Of a DNA stretch of 64,000 nt, positions 10,505 through 19,783 are shown piece by piece. The notes under the pieces are model-generated. The model had not been told where the DNA came from, did not search any database, and saw nothing but the letters and a program-made list of their open reading frames with translations. This stretch comes from Phycisphaerae bacterium (GTDB lineage Bacteria; Planctomycetota; Phycisphaerae; UBA1845; Fen-1342). The stretch covers positions 1 to 64,000 of the forward strand of contig CAXXWX010000006.1 of the NCBI GenBank assembly GCA_963675745.2, given 5' to 3'. The number at the start of each line of letters is the position of its first letter. Positions within the stretch are counted from its first letter, which is position 1. A program made the position numbers and the translations under genes.

Positions 10505-11551
10505 TCATGTGCCGATGTATCTTGCGTAGATCGCCCGGGCCGTTGCGATGTCGCTGGTGCCTTTGATGATCGCGCGACCGTCGCGGAAGAGTGTTACTTC
10601 ACATTCGTCCACGCGAAAACGCAACAGGAAGTTGTTAAACGCCGGACTCGGCGCTGATCCAAGGCGGCCGGCCAGTGCCTCAAAATCGACCTGGACCGTT
10701 GCGGGCGGCATCACCTGCACCGCGTTTCGGCCGCACAAGATGGCAGACGTCGAGACCTGGCCACCCTGAAGAAAGGCGTACTCCCCAGCGCCACAGCACG
10801 GGCAGGCGTCGCCGGCGCCTTCGCGGGCGATATCCATCGCGTGCCAGCGTCCGCTCCACACATCAACGCTGACCAGCTTGCGATTGAGAGCGTCAGTGCG
10901 ACCACTGAGGATTTTGAGCGCCTCGGCCGCCTCCAGGCTAGCGACCACGTTGACGATCGACGCCAGCACGCCCGCTGATTCGCAGGTCTCGGTGCTGCCG
11001 GGCGGCGGTGCATCGGGCCATACGCAGCGCAGACACGCCGTCCGGCCGGGCACGATCGGCATCACGCGCCCTTCCGATGCGATACACGCGCCGTAGATCC
11101 AGGGAATCTCGTGCTTGACCGCCACATCATTGACCAGGTAACGCGTCTCGAAGTTGTCGGTGCCGTCCAGGATCAGGTGCGCCCCCTGGCAGAAACGTTC
11201 GATGTTGGCCGGGTTGGCGTCGGCGATGATCGGCTCAACCGTCACGCCCGAATTGATGCGCCGCAGCTTGCGGGCCGCCGCCTCGGCCTTCGGCAGGTTG
11301 CCGGCCGCGTCGTCTTCGTCGAACAACACCTGGCGTTGAAGATTGTCCAGCTCGACAAAGTCGCGATCGACGATGCGCAGGAAACCCACGCCGCCGCGCA
11401 CCAGCGTATTGGCCAGCACCGAGCCCAACGCACCGCACCCGATCAACGTAACGCGTGAGGCGAGCAAACGCCGCTGCCCATCCGCGCCGATGGGCGCAAA
11501 GCACATCTGCCGGGCATAGCGCGCCAGGTTGTCAGCACTATTCGTAGTCAT
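10505..11551 (-). CDS. ThiF/MoeB-family adenylyltransferase
   Basis: RYARQ, GCGALG, DRDFVELDNLQRQ, DGTDN, CLRC, TCESAG, CPCC, LCGR. The enzyme domain begins at ATG 11551. Confidence 0.92.
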   Translation of the reverse strand: MTTNSADNLARYARQMCFAPIGADGQRRLLASRVTLIGCGALGSVLANTLVRGGVGFLRIVDRDFVELDNLQRQVLFDEDDAAGNLPKAEAAARKLRRINSGVTVEPIIADANPANIERFCQGAHLILDGTDNFETRYLVNDVAVKHEIPWIYGACIASEGRVMPIVPGRTACLRCVWPDAPPPGSTETCESAGVLASIVNVVASLEAAEALKILSGRTDALNRKLVSVDVWSGRWHAMDIAREGAGDACPCCGAGEYAFLQGGQVSTSAILCGRNAVQVMPPATVQVDFEALAGRLGSAPSPAFNNFLLRFRVDECEVTLFRDGRAIIKGTSDIATARAIYARYIGT

Positions 11552-11995
11552 GGGGTCGCGGCGCGACGCCGCGCGCGGCTTGAGCCATGCACTCCAGCGT
11601 GACCAGGCGTTTCGCGCCGAACTGCCATTGACAATGCCGAAGATGATCAGCAACACGCCCTGCATATCCCCATATACGAGCCAGACGGCCCCCACACCCA
11701 GGCACAGCACCGTCGCCACGCCGGCAAGCATGGCATCCAGCGCCGCGGCGAATCCCACCTTGGCCAGGTCCAGGCCGGCAACCACCAGCAACCCGATGCC
11801 AACGATGCGCGCCCCCCAGACCAGCGCGGTGACCGATCCATCGTAGATCGCATTGCCGCTCACCCCAACCAGACCCAAGCCAAACCCGACGTACAGAAAC
11901 AGCAGCGCCGCGACCAGTGACCAGATCGCCGAGCCACCGTCGTGCGCGGGCGTATACTGCACTCCCGGCGGTCGTTCAGGTTGCATTTCAGGCAC
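11548..11995 (-). CDS. Small four-TM membrane protein (in frame with moeB/thiF, probably through a +1 error)
   Basis: Four hydrophobic segments; GGGAGGG RBS before GTG 11995. Removing one C from GACCCCATGA gives GAC CCA TGA with an ATGA overlap. Confidence 0.6.
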
Positions 11996-12014
11996 GTCGA
12001 TACCCTCCCGCTGA

Positions 12015-12785
12015 TCACACGTTGAGAATCTCGGAGGCCGTGTAGCGCCCCGCGACGGTCAATGGAAACGTCTCTCCAAGAATCGACCGGTGCGTTTGCA
12101 GCGCGATGTCCGGGTGGTTGTTGTCTTCACTTAGATGGGCCAGGGCCACCCAGCGATGACGCGCCGCGCAGGCCTTGATCAGTTCCGCGGCCTCGCGGTT
12201 GGACAGGTGCCCGCCGTGGCCGCGGATGCGTTCTTTCACGTCAGCCGGGTAGGAACCCGCGTCCAGCATCTCGGGGTCATAATTGCTCTCGAGATAGGCC
12301 GCGTCTACCGACGCCAGGGCGTCACCCAGACCCGGGAACGCATGCCCGACATCCGTGAAAATCCCCAGGCGCTTGCCTGCCAGCTCCACGGTGAACACCA
12401 CGCCGTCAACAGCGTCGTGCGGCGTTGGCAGCGTGTACACGCGGACGGGGCCGAATTCGATGACATCGCCGGCGGTAAAATGCCGCACATCGTGCATCTT
12501 CCCCAGATAGCGCCGGGCGCGCGCGTACGTCGCGCTCGTCATGTAGACGGGCATTTTGAACAGGCGTTGCAGGACGCCGGCGTTGCAAACATGGTCGGAA
12601 TGATCATGAGAGATAAGCAGCGCATCGATGCCGAAAATCTCCCGGCCATGTTCGGCGAGGCGCAGCTTGGCTTGACGCCCGCTGATACCGGCATCGAACA
12701 ACAGTCGCCGGCCACCACCCTCGACGTAAATGCAATTCCCGTTTGACCCCGATTGCAGCGAGAACGTGACCATGGATTGCGACAT
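12015..12785 (-). CDS. MBL-fold metallo-hydrolase (YycJ/WalJ-like)
   Basis: SGSNGN, DAG, SHDHSDH, PHDA, TDVG, ESNYD, GHLSN, HLSEDNN. Confidence 0.92.
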   Translation of the reverse strand: MSQSMVTFSLQSGSNGNCIYVEGGGRRLLFDAGISGRQAKLRLAEHGREIFGIDALLISHDHSDHVCNAGVLQRLFKMPVYMTSATYARARRYLGKMHDVRHFTAGDVIEFGPVRVYTLPTPHDAVDGVVFTVELAGKRLGIFTDVGHAFPGLGDALASVDAAYLESNYDPEMLDAGSYPADVKERIRGHGGHLSNREAAELIKACAARHRWVALAHLSEDNNHPDIALQTHRSILGETFPLTVAGRYTASEILNV

Positions 12786-12845
12786 CCAAGACCCTACAAG
12801 CCGATGAGACGCGCGCTCGGGCCGCTGGACGCGGCCGGTTCTCGT

Positions 12846-12859
12846 AGTATAGCACGCAA
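12846..12859 (-). promoter_or_regulatory. Extended -10-like promoter element upstream of the MBL hydrolase
   Basis: TTGCGTGCTATACT on the minus strand, about 60 nt before the start; identical to 5028-5041. Confidence 0.5.
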
Positions 12860-12936
12860 GCGACAGCGGGGCGCGGGAGCCCGTGGGCGGGCGCGCTGTC
12901 GTGGTCGGGCTATCTGCGGCCCGGTAGGATAAGCCC

Positions 12937-14205
12937 ATGGCAGCCGTGCAATGTGAACTCATCGACGACCCAACGGCCCTGACCGACCATCACCGGCCCG
13001 ATGATCGCTTTGTGCCGCTGCGCGCCGGTGATCTGGTTGACATGCTCGCCGCGGATGAGGAGCTGCTTGGTCCCGATGCGCCGCTGTTGCGTGATGTCGC
13101 CGCCGCGCTTGAAGATGTAATCGAGCAGGAGACCACGGCTTTTCAGCGTGATCTGCTGCGAAGCTATGCCGCCGTAAATCCCGATCGCGACACACGCTTC
13201 CCCGATGATGTTGAAACGCGCCGCACGCCAGCGGCCCACGCGGACTTGCTGCGCCGAATAACTTACCTGCTCGAAAAAGCCAATTTCGAAGACCTCACGC
13301 AGGTGCAGGTGGATGCCGCCGTGCGCAAGGCCAACTCGCTGGGCGTGCGCGTACGCTTGGAGCCCGAGCGCGTCGAGCAACTTCGAGTCTGGGTGCGCGG
13401 TCAGGCGTCGCGCACGCGCCACGTGCGCACCTGGCGCCATCCGCTTCGAGGCATGCCGCGCGAAATAGACGTCTACCGCAGACTGGCGGTTTATGTTCGG
13501 CTGAAGAACGACCCATACGTCCGGCTCAGGCTCTTCAAGGACATACCATCCGAAGACATCGAGGCGCTGCTGCCACACGCCCAGGTCGGCATGAACCTCC
13601 TCGACCAGCTCAAGCTCTTTGGCAGCGGCGCCGGCGCGCTGGGAACCACCGCGTGGAAGCTGGTGCAGGCGCTGGCCATCGGGACCGGGGCGCTGCTGAC
13701 GCTGGGGTGGATAATCCTGGTCGGATGTTTCTCGTTGGGGATCAAGACGTTGACCGGCTACCGCGCGGCACGTGTGCGACGCGACTCATTGCGCACGCGC
13801 CACCTCTATTTCCAGAACCTCGCCAACAACGCCGGCGTGATCCACTCCCTGCTGGCTATGATCGCCCAGGAAGAGGTGAAGGAGGCTCTGCTCGCGTATG
13901 CCTTCTGTACCGCGGCCAAAGAGCCGGATCTGTCCGCGGCTCAGCTAGACCGGAATATTGAGGCGTATCTGCACGAGCGGTTCGGCGTCGCCGTAAACTT
14001 CGACGCTGATGACGCGCTTGAAACACTGGCGCGCCTCGATCTCTTCATCGATCGATCCAGGCTTTCCGTCTGCCGGCCCGCACAAGCCGTCCAGCGCTTG
14101 CGCCGGCACTGGCAGCAACGGCTGAGTCAGGATTACCACGCCCGCTCGGCGTCAGGTGGCAGCGCCTCATCAGCCCCGCCATCGACGCGGGCCGGAGTTG
14201 TCTGA
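12937..14205 (+). CDS. TMEM143 / DUF3754-family membrane protein
   Basis: DRFVP, LEKANF, LRLFKDIPSEDIEALLP, two TM helices, LYFQNLANNAG, QEEVKEALLAY. Confidence 0.82.
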   Translation: MAAVQCELIDDPTALTDHHRPDDRFVPLRAGDLVDMLAADEELLGPDAPLLRDVAAALEDVIEQETTAFQRDLLRSYAAVNPDRDTRFPDDVETRRTPAAHADLLRRITYLLEKANFEDLTQVQVDAAVRKANSLGVRVRLEPERVEQLRVWVRGQASRTRHVRTWRHPLRGMPREIDVYRRLAVYVRLKNDPYVRLRLFKDIPSEDIEALLPHAQVGMNLLDQLKLFGSGAGALGTTAWKLVQALAIGTGALLTLGWIILVGCFSLGIKTLTGYRAARVRRDSLRTRHLYFQNLANNAGVIHSLLAMIAQEEVKEALLAYAFCTAAKEPDLSAAQLDRNIEAYLHERFGVAVNFDADDALETLARLDLFIDRSRLSVCRPAQAVQRLRRHWQQRLSQDYHARSASGGSASSAPPSTRAGVV

Positions 14206-14325
14206 CCAGCTTGTTGCCCTCCCGCGGGCGGAATACGATTGCGGCATGCTACCGGCGTCGCGGCAGGTCGTGCCGATGGCCTGCGTTGTCAGCGAGCGCG
14301 TCTGTCCCAGCGGAAAGGAACCACC

Positions 14326-16758
14326 ATGCTCCGGCTGCGTCTGAACTCTGATGCACTTCGCGTTCTTGGCCCACTCGCCGTGCTTGTCGCCGCCGCCGCG
14401 ACCGCCGATACCACGCCGCTCGATCAGCGCATCAAAGCTCTGAGTGAGCAACTCGAACAGGCGCGCGTTGACCAGCACATTCCCGGCCTGGCGATCGTGG
14501 TCGTCAAGGACGATGAAGTCATTCTGTCGCGCGGCTTCGGCCAACGCGACCTCGACGCAGACCTACCGGTCACCGAAGAGACGCTGTTCGCCATCGGGTC
14601 AACAACCAAGGCTTTTACCAGCACACTCATCGGCATGCTCGTCGATGAAGGCAAGATGGACTGGGACGACCTCGTTCGCAAGCACGTGCCGCGCTTCGAG
14701 CTCAAGGACAAGACCGCCAACGAACAGGTCACTATTCGCGATCTGCTCTGCCATCGCACGGGTCTGGGGCGTATGCCGTTGCTCTGGGCGGCGAACCAGG
14801 CCAGTCCGCGCCGCATCATCTCGCAGATCAGTCGCGCCGAACCGATCGCCGAGTTTCGTGAGAGCTGGCACTACAACAACGTGATGTTCTGCGTGGCCGG
14901 CATGGCCGCCACGCAGGCCGCCGGTGTCGACGACTGGTCAACGCTGCTCCAGCAGCGCATTCTCGATCCGCTGGGCATGGCCGATACGCACACTTCAGTG
15001 CCGAAGATGCGTGACGATGCGCTCGCTTCCAAGGGCTACAGGTGGGACGAGGACAGTCAGGACTGGGACTGTTTGCCGATGCGCGTGCTCGACCGCGTGG
15101 CCCCGGCCGGCGCCATCAACTCGAATGTGCGCGACATGGCGCACTGGTTGCGATTCCTGTTGGCGCATGGCGAGTACGACGGCCAGCGCCTCATCAGCGA
15201 GCGGCAACTCGACGAAACCTGGAAACCGCAGGTTGCGATGGGGCCCGGCGGTAGCTACGCCCTCGGCTGGATGACCGAGACATGGCAAGACCATGACATC
15301 GTGCAGCACGGCGGAAACATCGACGGATTCTCCGCCATGGTCGCCATGATCCCCGATCAACACATCGGCTTCGTGCTGATGATGAACGTCGGCGTGGCGC
15401 CGCTCCAGCAAACATCCCGAGCCATGGTCTGGCAGGCTCTGCTCGGCGAAAGCGTCGCAGACTCGACCACGGACAGCGCCCCTGACACCGGCGCGCTGTC
15501 TGCCGAACAACTGCAAGCCTATGTGGGCAAGTATCGCCTCGAGGCCATAAAGGCCGACGCCCAGGTGCTCATCAAGAACGACCGCCTGGCCATCGACATC
15601 CCCGGGCAAATGGTGTTCCCCCTGAAATGGCCGGACGAGAATGGACGCTGGAAATTCGACTTCCCCGCCGAGATCGAGATTGAGTTCGAAGAGCCCGAGA
15701 ATGGCGTCGTGCCGTCCGCCACGATGTACCAGGTCGTCGAGCTGACACTGCCGCGCAAGCAGGACGGTCCGCCGCCCGTACCCCTCGCAGAAAAGCTCCC
15801 CGATCCGGGCGAAGCCTGGTCCCACGATTTGCTCGAGCCACTCGTCGGCAAGTATCGCGTTGGCCCGGGCGACGCCGGCATCTGGACGATATTGATCAAG
15901 GATGACGAGCTCGCCGTGGACATACCTGGCCAGACGCAATGGCCACTGCACTGGCCCGATAAAGACAGCCGCTGGAAGATAAAGGTCGACACCAACCAAT
16001 CTCTGGAATTCAAGACCGACAGCAAGCACCGCGCGACGAAACTGACGTTCCGTCGGCTGCTCGTCATGCCGATGCCGCGCATCAAGGCTAACGCCGCGCT
16101 CGACATCACGTTGGACGATCTGTTCGCGCTGCGCGCTGATGAGCACCTGGAGGCACTGAAGGACCAACGGCTGCGGTTCACAGGCGATATGAATTTCGTG
16201 CAGCAGGGCGTGCGCGCCAAGTTGACCGTGTTCGTGGATGGCGCCGGCCGAACCATGATGCACATGAACGCCGATCCGTTCGGGTACACCAAGTCATTTC
16301 TGGCCGGCGACGAGGCCTGGATCGACTCGAATCTGGAGACCCCCGAGGAAATCGACGGGGTCAAGCTCGAACTGGCCAAGCTCGACCATCCGTTTGTGGC
16401 TTTCGGGGATTGGCGCGGGGCATTCAAAGACGTAACGCTGCTCAAGAAAGACCAGATTGATGGTCAAGACGTCTACATTGTCGAATGTACGCCGCACAAA
16501 GGGGCCGCGATTCGGAAGTACCTGAGTGCCGAGACTGGGCTGGTGGTGAGACAGGACGCCTACATCCCGAACGAGATGCTGGGGAGCGTGCCGACCACTA
16601 CGACTTACGGCGATTTTCGAGAGGTTCTGGGCGTGAAAATGCCGTTCCTGGCAACCGTCGAGAACAAGCACACCGGGAAGGCCATCATACGCTTCAAAGA
16701 GGTGGAAACCGACGTCAAGATCCCCCGCCACATGTTCGATCCACCCGAGAAGCAATAG
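14326..16758 (+). CDS. Secreted serine hydrolase (beta-lactamase/AmpC-like) with two DUF3471-like repeats and a C-terminal beta-rich domain
   Basis: Signal peptide; STTK, LLCHRTG, YNN and HGG motifs. Confidence 0.9.
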   Translation: MLRLRLNSDALRVLGPLAVLVAAAATADTTPLDQRIKALSEQLEQARVDQHIPGLAIVVVKDDEVILSRGFGQRDLDADLPVTEETLFAIGSTTKAFTSTLIGMLVDEGKMDWDDLVRKHVPRFELKDKTANEQVTIRDLLCHRTGLGRMPLLWAANQASPRRIISQISRAEPIAEFRESWHYNNVMFCVAGMAATQAAGVDDWSTLLQQRILDPLGMADTHTSVPKMRDDALASKGYRWDEDSQDWDCLPMRVLDRVAPAGAINSNVRDMAHWLRFLLAHGEYDGQRLISERQLDETWKPQVAMGPGGSYALGWMTETWQDHDIVQHGGNIDGFSAMVAMIPDQHIGFVLMMNVGVAPLQQTSRAMVWQALLGESVADSTTDSAPDTGALSAEQLQAYVGKYRLEAIKADAQVLIKNDRLAIDIPGQMVFPLKWPDENGRWKFDFPAEIEIEFEEPENGVVPSATMYQVVELTLPRKQDGPPPVPLAEKLPDPGEAWSHDLLEPLVGKYRVGPGDAGIWTILIKDDELAVDIPGQTQWPLHWPDKDSRWKIKVDTNQSLEFKTDSKHRATKLTFRRLLVMPMPRIKANAALDITLDDLFALRADEHLEALKDQRLRFTGDMNFVQQGVRAKLTVFVDGAGRTMMHMNADPFGYTKSFLAGDEAWIDSNLETPEEIDGVKLELAKLDHPFVAFGDWRGAFKDVTLLKKDQIDGQDVYIVECTPHKGAAIRKYLSAETGLVVRQDAYIPNEMLGSVPTTTTYGDFREVLGVKMPFLATVENKHTGKAIIRFKEVETDVKIPRHMFDPPEKQ

Positions 16759-16789
16759 ACGTGTGCAAGCGCCGCGCGGCACCGGCCCT

Positions 16790-16841
16790 TGTGGCACCGG
16801 TTTTCAACCGGTGAGTCCCACAGGATACGGACCTGTCCCAC
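16790..16841. repeat. REP-like inverted doublet (GTGGCACCGGTTTTCAACCGGTG family)
   Basis: Palindrome 16791-16813 with inverted partner 16819-16841, between convergent genes; 18 nt identical to 57195-57212. Confidence 0.75.
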
Positions 16842-16859
16842 GATTTCAGCGTGAGCACC

Positions 16860-17375
16860 CTACTTGGCGGTGGCGGGTTTGACGTTGCCGGCGGCGTTGC
16901 CCGGCGCACGGGCCGTCTTCCTGGGGTTGAGCTTATAGCTGGCGAAACCCTCGATCAGCAGCACCGTGATCAAGCCGAGATTCATCCACACGCCGTCCCA
17001 ACCTTTTGACACGCGCCCGAGAAAGCTGTCGCCGAAGCATCCGCAGTCAAGGTCGTGCCCGTTGAGCAGCGCATAAATCTTGAGCGTGGTGAAGGCGACC
17101 AGCATCAGTTGGATCAGCAGGCGCGCCTCTTTGCGCCACAGCCCGATCAGAAGCAGCGTAACCGTGACGACCTCGAACCACGGTATCAGATAGGCCATCG
17201 CGTTCGTGCCGACCTCTGGAAAGACCGCGTAGCCACGAATGTCCCAGGCGAATTGTGTCGGGTCGCCGATCTTTATCGAGCCGGCATAGAAGAAGAAGAA
17301 CGCGACGGTCAGTCGCCCGAGCCACGCAATCAGATGCCAGATGACCTTGTTCCCCGGCTTGACCTGTTCAGCCAT
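16860..17375 (-). CDS. MauE/DoxX-family membrane protein
   Basis: FFYAGSIKIGDP, IPWFE, DLDCGCFG. Confidence 0.88.
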   Translation of the reverse strand: MAEQVKPGNKVIWHLIAWLGRLTVAFFFFYAGSIKIGDPTQFAWDIRGYAVFPEVGTNAMAYLIPWFEVVTVTLLLIGLWRKEARLLIQLMLVAFTTLKIYALLNGHDLDCGCFGDSFLGRVSKGWDGVWMNLGLITVLLIEGFASYKLNPRKTARAPGNAAGNVKPATAK

Positions 17376-18033
17376 CGCCACCACCTTCGGGCCACTCCAT
17401 TCCCATGTTGGGGTCGTCCGCGCCAAACCCGGCCGGCCCGCCGGTGGTCAGGAATTCGTTGTAGCATTGGTCCATGATCAGGATCGGTTCCATGAGACCG
17501 CGGCCGGTGGCGACAGCGAGACCGGCTTCCGTGATGCCGACCCACCCCTCCGGGTACAGATACAAGCCGTCGGTTTTGCCGTGCGTATCGGAGATGAGCT
17601 GGTAGAGGACCTTCGAATCGTCGCAATCCAGCGACTCGCAGTAGATCACGATCGGCGCGCCCTCGTCGAGCAGCATCTGCAACTCGCCGATCCGCGCGTC
17701 AACATCGATGGACGCGACATAGACATTGATGATATACGGAGCGGCGAGATGGGACTCCTCAAATACGTCAGGCGCGCGGGCGTCGATGATGAGCGCGCCG
17801 CCTTCAGCGAGCCGTACCAATGTGTCAGTATCGATCCCGGCCTTCGCGAGGATGGCCTGCTCGGTCTCGTCTTTCTGTACGTGAGCCAGCGTCTTGCGCA
17901 CTGTCTTCTCAATCGCGCGCGTCTGCTGCGATGGGATCCAGTCCAAGTCGCTGTGGAAGCGCTCGATGTATGTGGCGCCGAGCAACATCGACACGCCAAC
18001 GATCCCCAACATCCTGAGCAGCGATGCACGCAT
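17368..18033 (-). CDS. Exported rhodanese-like domain protein
   Basis: IIDARAPDVFEESHL, IVIYCESLDCDDS, YPEGWVG; N-terminal anchor. Confidence 0.82.
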   Translation of the reverse strand: MRASLLRMLGIVGVSMLLGATYIERFHSDLDWIPSQQTRAIEKTVRKTLAHVQKDETEQAILAKAGIDTDTLVRLAEGGALIIDARAPDVFEESHLAAPYIINVYVASIDVDARIGELQMLLDEGAPIVIYCESLDCDDSKVLYQLISDTHGKTDGLYLYPEGWVGITEAGLAVATGRGLMEPILIMDQCYNEFLTTGGPAGFGADDPNMGMEWPEGGGDG

Positions 18034-18073
18034 CCAGGAATCACTCCCGATCGATACAACTCAGCCGCGCCGG

Positions 18074-19363
18074 CTATTCGCCGCCGGGCCCGTCCGGCTT
18101 GGCCGGGTTGTCCTTGTTTTTGGCGTCAGTCTGATCAGCGGTCTTGATTTTGACATGCTCCGCGCTCGGCCTCGTGGTGGTCCCGCGATTGCCCAACCTC
18201 GGATCACGCGTTGCCCGGCCGCGCTTGGTTTCGACGGCATGGCCGGTACCAACGCGGCGCGGCGTGATCTTCACGATCGCGACGTCGAGTTTTTGGTACT
18301 CGGCATCCTGGCAATCCGTGTGAATCGTCAGCTTCATGCCCTTGTCCGGAACCTCGGCGCCCGGAGGAACCGTCACGCGCAGGCGGTGAAACGCATTCGG
18401 GCTGTTCCCTTGCGCCTGAGGAACCTCCACGATCTCCCAGTGGACCCGCGGATCATCGCATTCCACCTTCGTGATTTTGATGGGCTTGTCCACGCGGTAG
18501 ACAATCGAGACGTCTTTCACCGACTCGAACGTCGTCTTTGGCGATACGGTGATCTGGGGCGGCGTGACACGCACCGGCGGCACCACGTAGCCGTTGATGC
18601 GCACCTTCATGTCCTTCAGAAAGTCCAAGTCGGACTCGAGATGCGCAACCGCCACAGTCGAGCCCGCCGACAGTGGCGGCTTGGTGGTCGCCACCAACTC
18701 ATAGACCTTGCCGGCCTCCAGCTCCTTCAGCTCGAACTTATACATGCTCGGCGACATGTCCTTGAGCTTCAGGTGCACCGGCCCTTCCTTGTACAAGCTG
18801 GTGATCTTCACACTGTTCGTCTTCACCTCGTTCTTGTCCAATTGACCGAAACGCATCCCCGGCACGGGGATAAGCTTCCCCTCGGTTTCGAACTCGAACA
18901 TCGGCTTGCACGTGCCCTTGACGAGGAAGCTGACCGCCGGCTGTGCCGGGTCGTTGGATTCGACGCGGACCGTCTGCTGGACGGCCTCCGTCCCTTTTGT
19001 CGAATCGTACACGATGTGCAGCTTCGTCGATTCTCCCGGAGCCAGCTCGTTCTTGTCCACCGACGCCGACGTGCAACCGCAGAATTTGCGCACCGCGGTG
19101 ATCTTCAACGGAGCGTCGCCCACATTGGTCACCTTTGTATCACTGTTTTGCAGGGGAGTGCCATACCACACCTCTCCGAAATCCCACTCCGCCGGTTCAA
19201 TCCTGATCTTGGGCGTTGGGCCGGCAGTCGGGGTGGCCGGATTGGCGGCCGTCGCCGGTTCCGCCGGTTTAGGGGCGGGCGGCGCTTGCGCCACGGTCAC
19301 TGCTACGGCGATCATTGCAACCACAATTGCCGCTAATCCACGGCCACCGATCTCGTTACGCAT
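18074..19363 (-). CDS. Secreted DUF1573-domain (Ig-like) protein
   Basis: WDFGEV, NVGDAPLKI...CGCT, LAPGES, VESNDP; GAGGAG RBS before ATG 19363. Confidence 0.85.
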   Translation of the reverse strand: MRNEIGGRGLAAIVVAMIAVAVTVAQAPPAPKPAEPATAANPATPTAGPTPKIRIEPAEWDFGEVWYGTPLQNSDTKVTNVGDAPLKITAVRKFCGCTSASVDKNELAPGESTKLHIVYDSTKGTEAVQQTVRVESNDPAQPAVSFLVKGTCKPMFEFETEGKLIPVPGMRFGQLDKNEVKTNSVKITSLYKEGPVHLKLKDMSPSMYKFELKELEAGKVYELVATTKPPLSAGSTVAVAHLESDLDFLKDMKVRINGYVVPPVRVTPPQITVSPKTTFESVKDVSIVYRVDKPIKITKVECDDPRVHWEIVEVPQAQGNSPNAFHRLRVTVPPGAEVPDKGMKLTIHTDCQDAEYQKLDVAIVKITPRRVGTGHAVETKRGRATRDPRLGNRGTTTRPSAEHVKIKTADQTDAKNKDNPAKPDGPGGE

Positions 19364-19709
19364 GGAAACAGTCTCCTCATGCTTATGCAATGCGATCCAA
19401 TGCGACGTATTCCGTCAGCCTGGGTGGTCGCTTGCCAGGAAGCGCACCCAGCGCAACGTCCCTCTTAGAGCTTATACGCCCAAACGCCGCAAACGACGCA
19501 GCCACTTCAAAAACACCAGGCCCGGCAAGTCGCCGGTCAGGGGATCGAAAACCCGAGCCAGGTCGGCACAACCAGCGCTGCCGCTCGGCAGCGCGGGATA
19601 CAAGTCCAACATATTACCTCTATCGTGGAGCCCCACCAACCGCCTTGGATCACCCTAATCCGCGGCGGTTTCCCGGCGCGCCCCATACACGGCCTGCGCC
19701 AAGGCTGGA

Positions 19710-19735
19710 TACACCATTTGTGGTGTACAAATGGT
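19710..19735. promoter_or_regulatory. Overlapping palindromes, candidate operator
   Basis: ACCATTTGT-N5-ACAAATGGT (19713-19735) overlapping TACACCA-N4-TGGTGTA (19710-19727) in AT-richer intergenic DNA. Confidence 0.45.
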
Positions 19736-19783
19736 TGCACGGTCACAATATGTCGTTGACAGCGGTTGCGCGTGCCTGGACGA

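Noticed and set aside
10505..11995. Novel membrane-anchored ThiF/MoeB fusion
   Set aside because: A single-base deletion in GGGG 11552-11555 yields two genes with an ATGA overlap, the same error type seen twice nearby.
17894..19336. Long antisense ORFs (also 5409..6494, 14995..16263, 23881..25182, 31092..32405, 34598..35818)
   Set aside because: Shadow ORFs typical of high-GC coding DNA, with no recognisable motifs.
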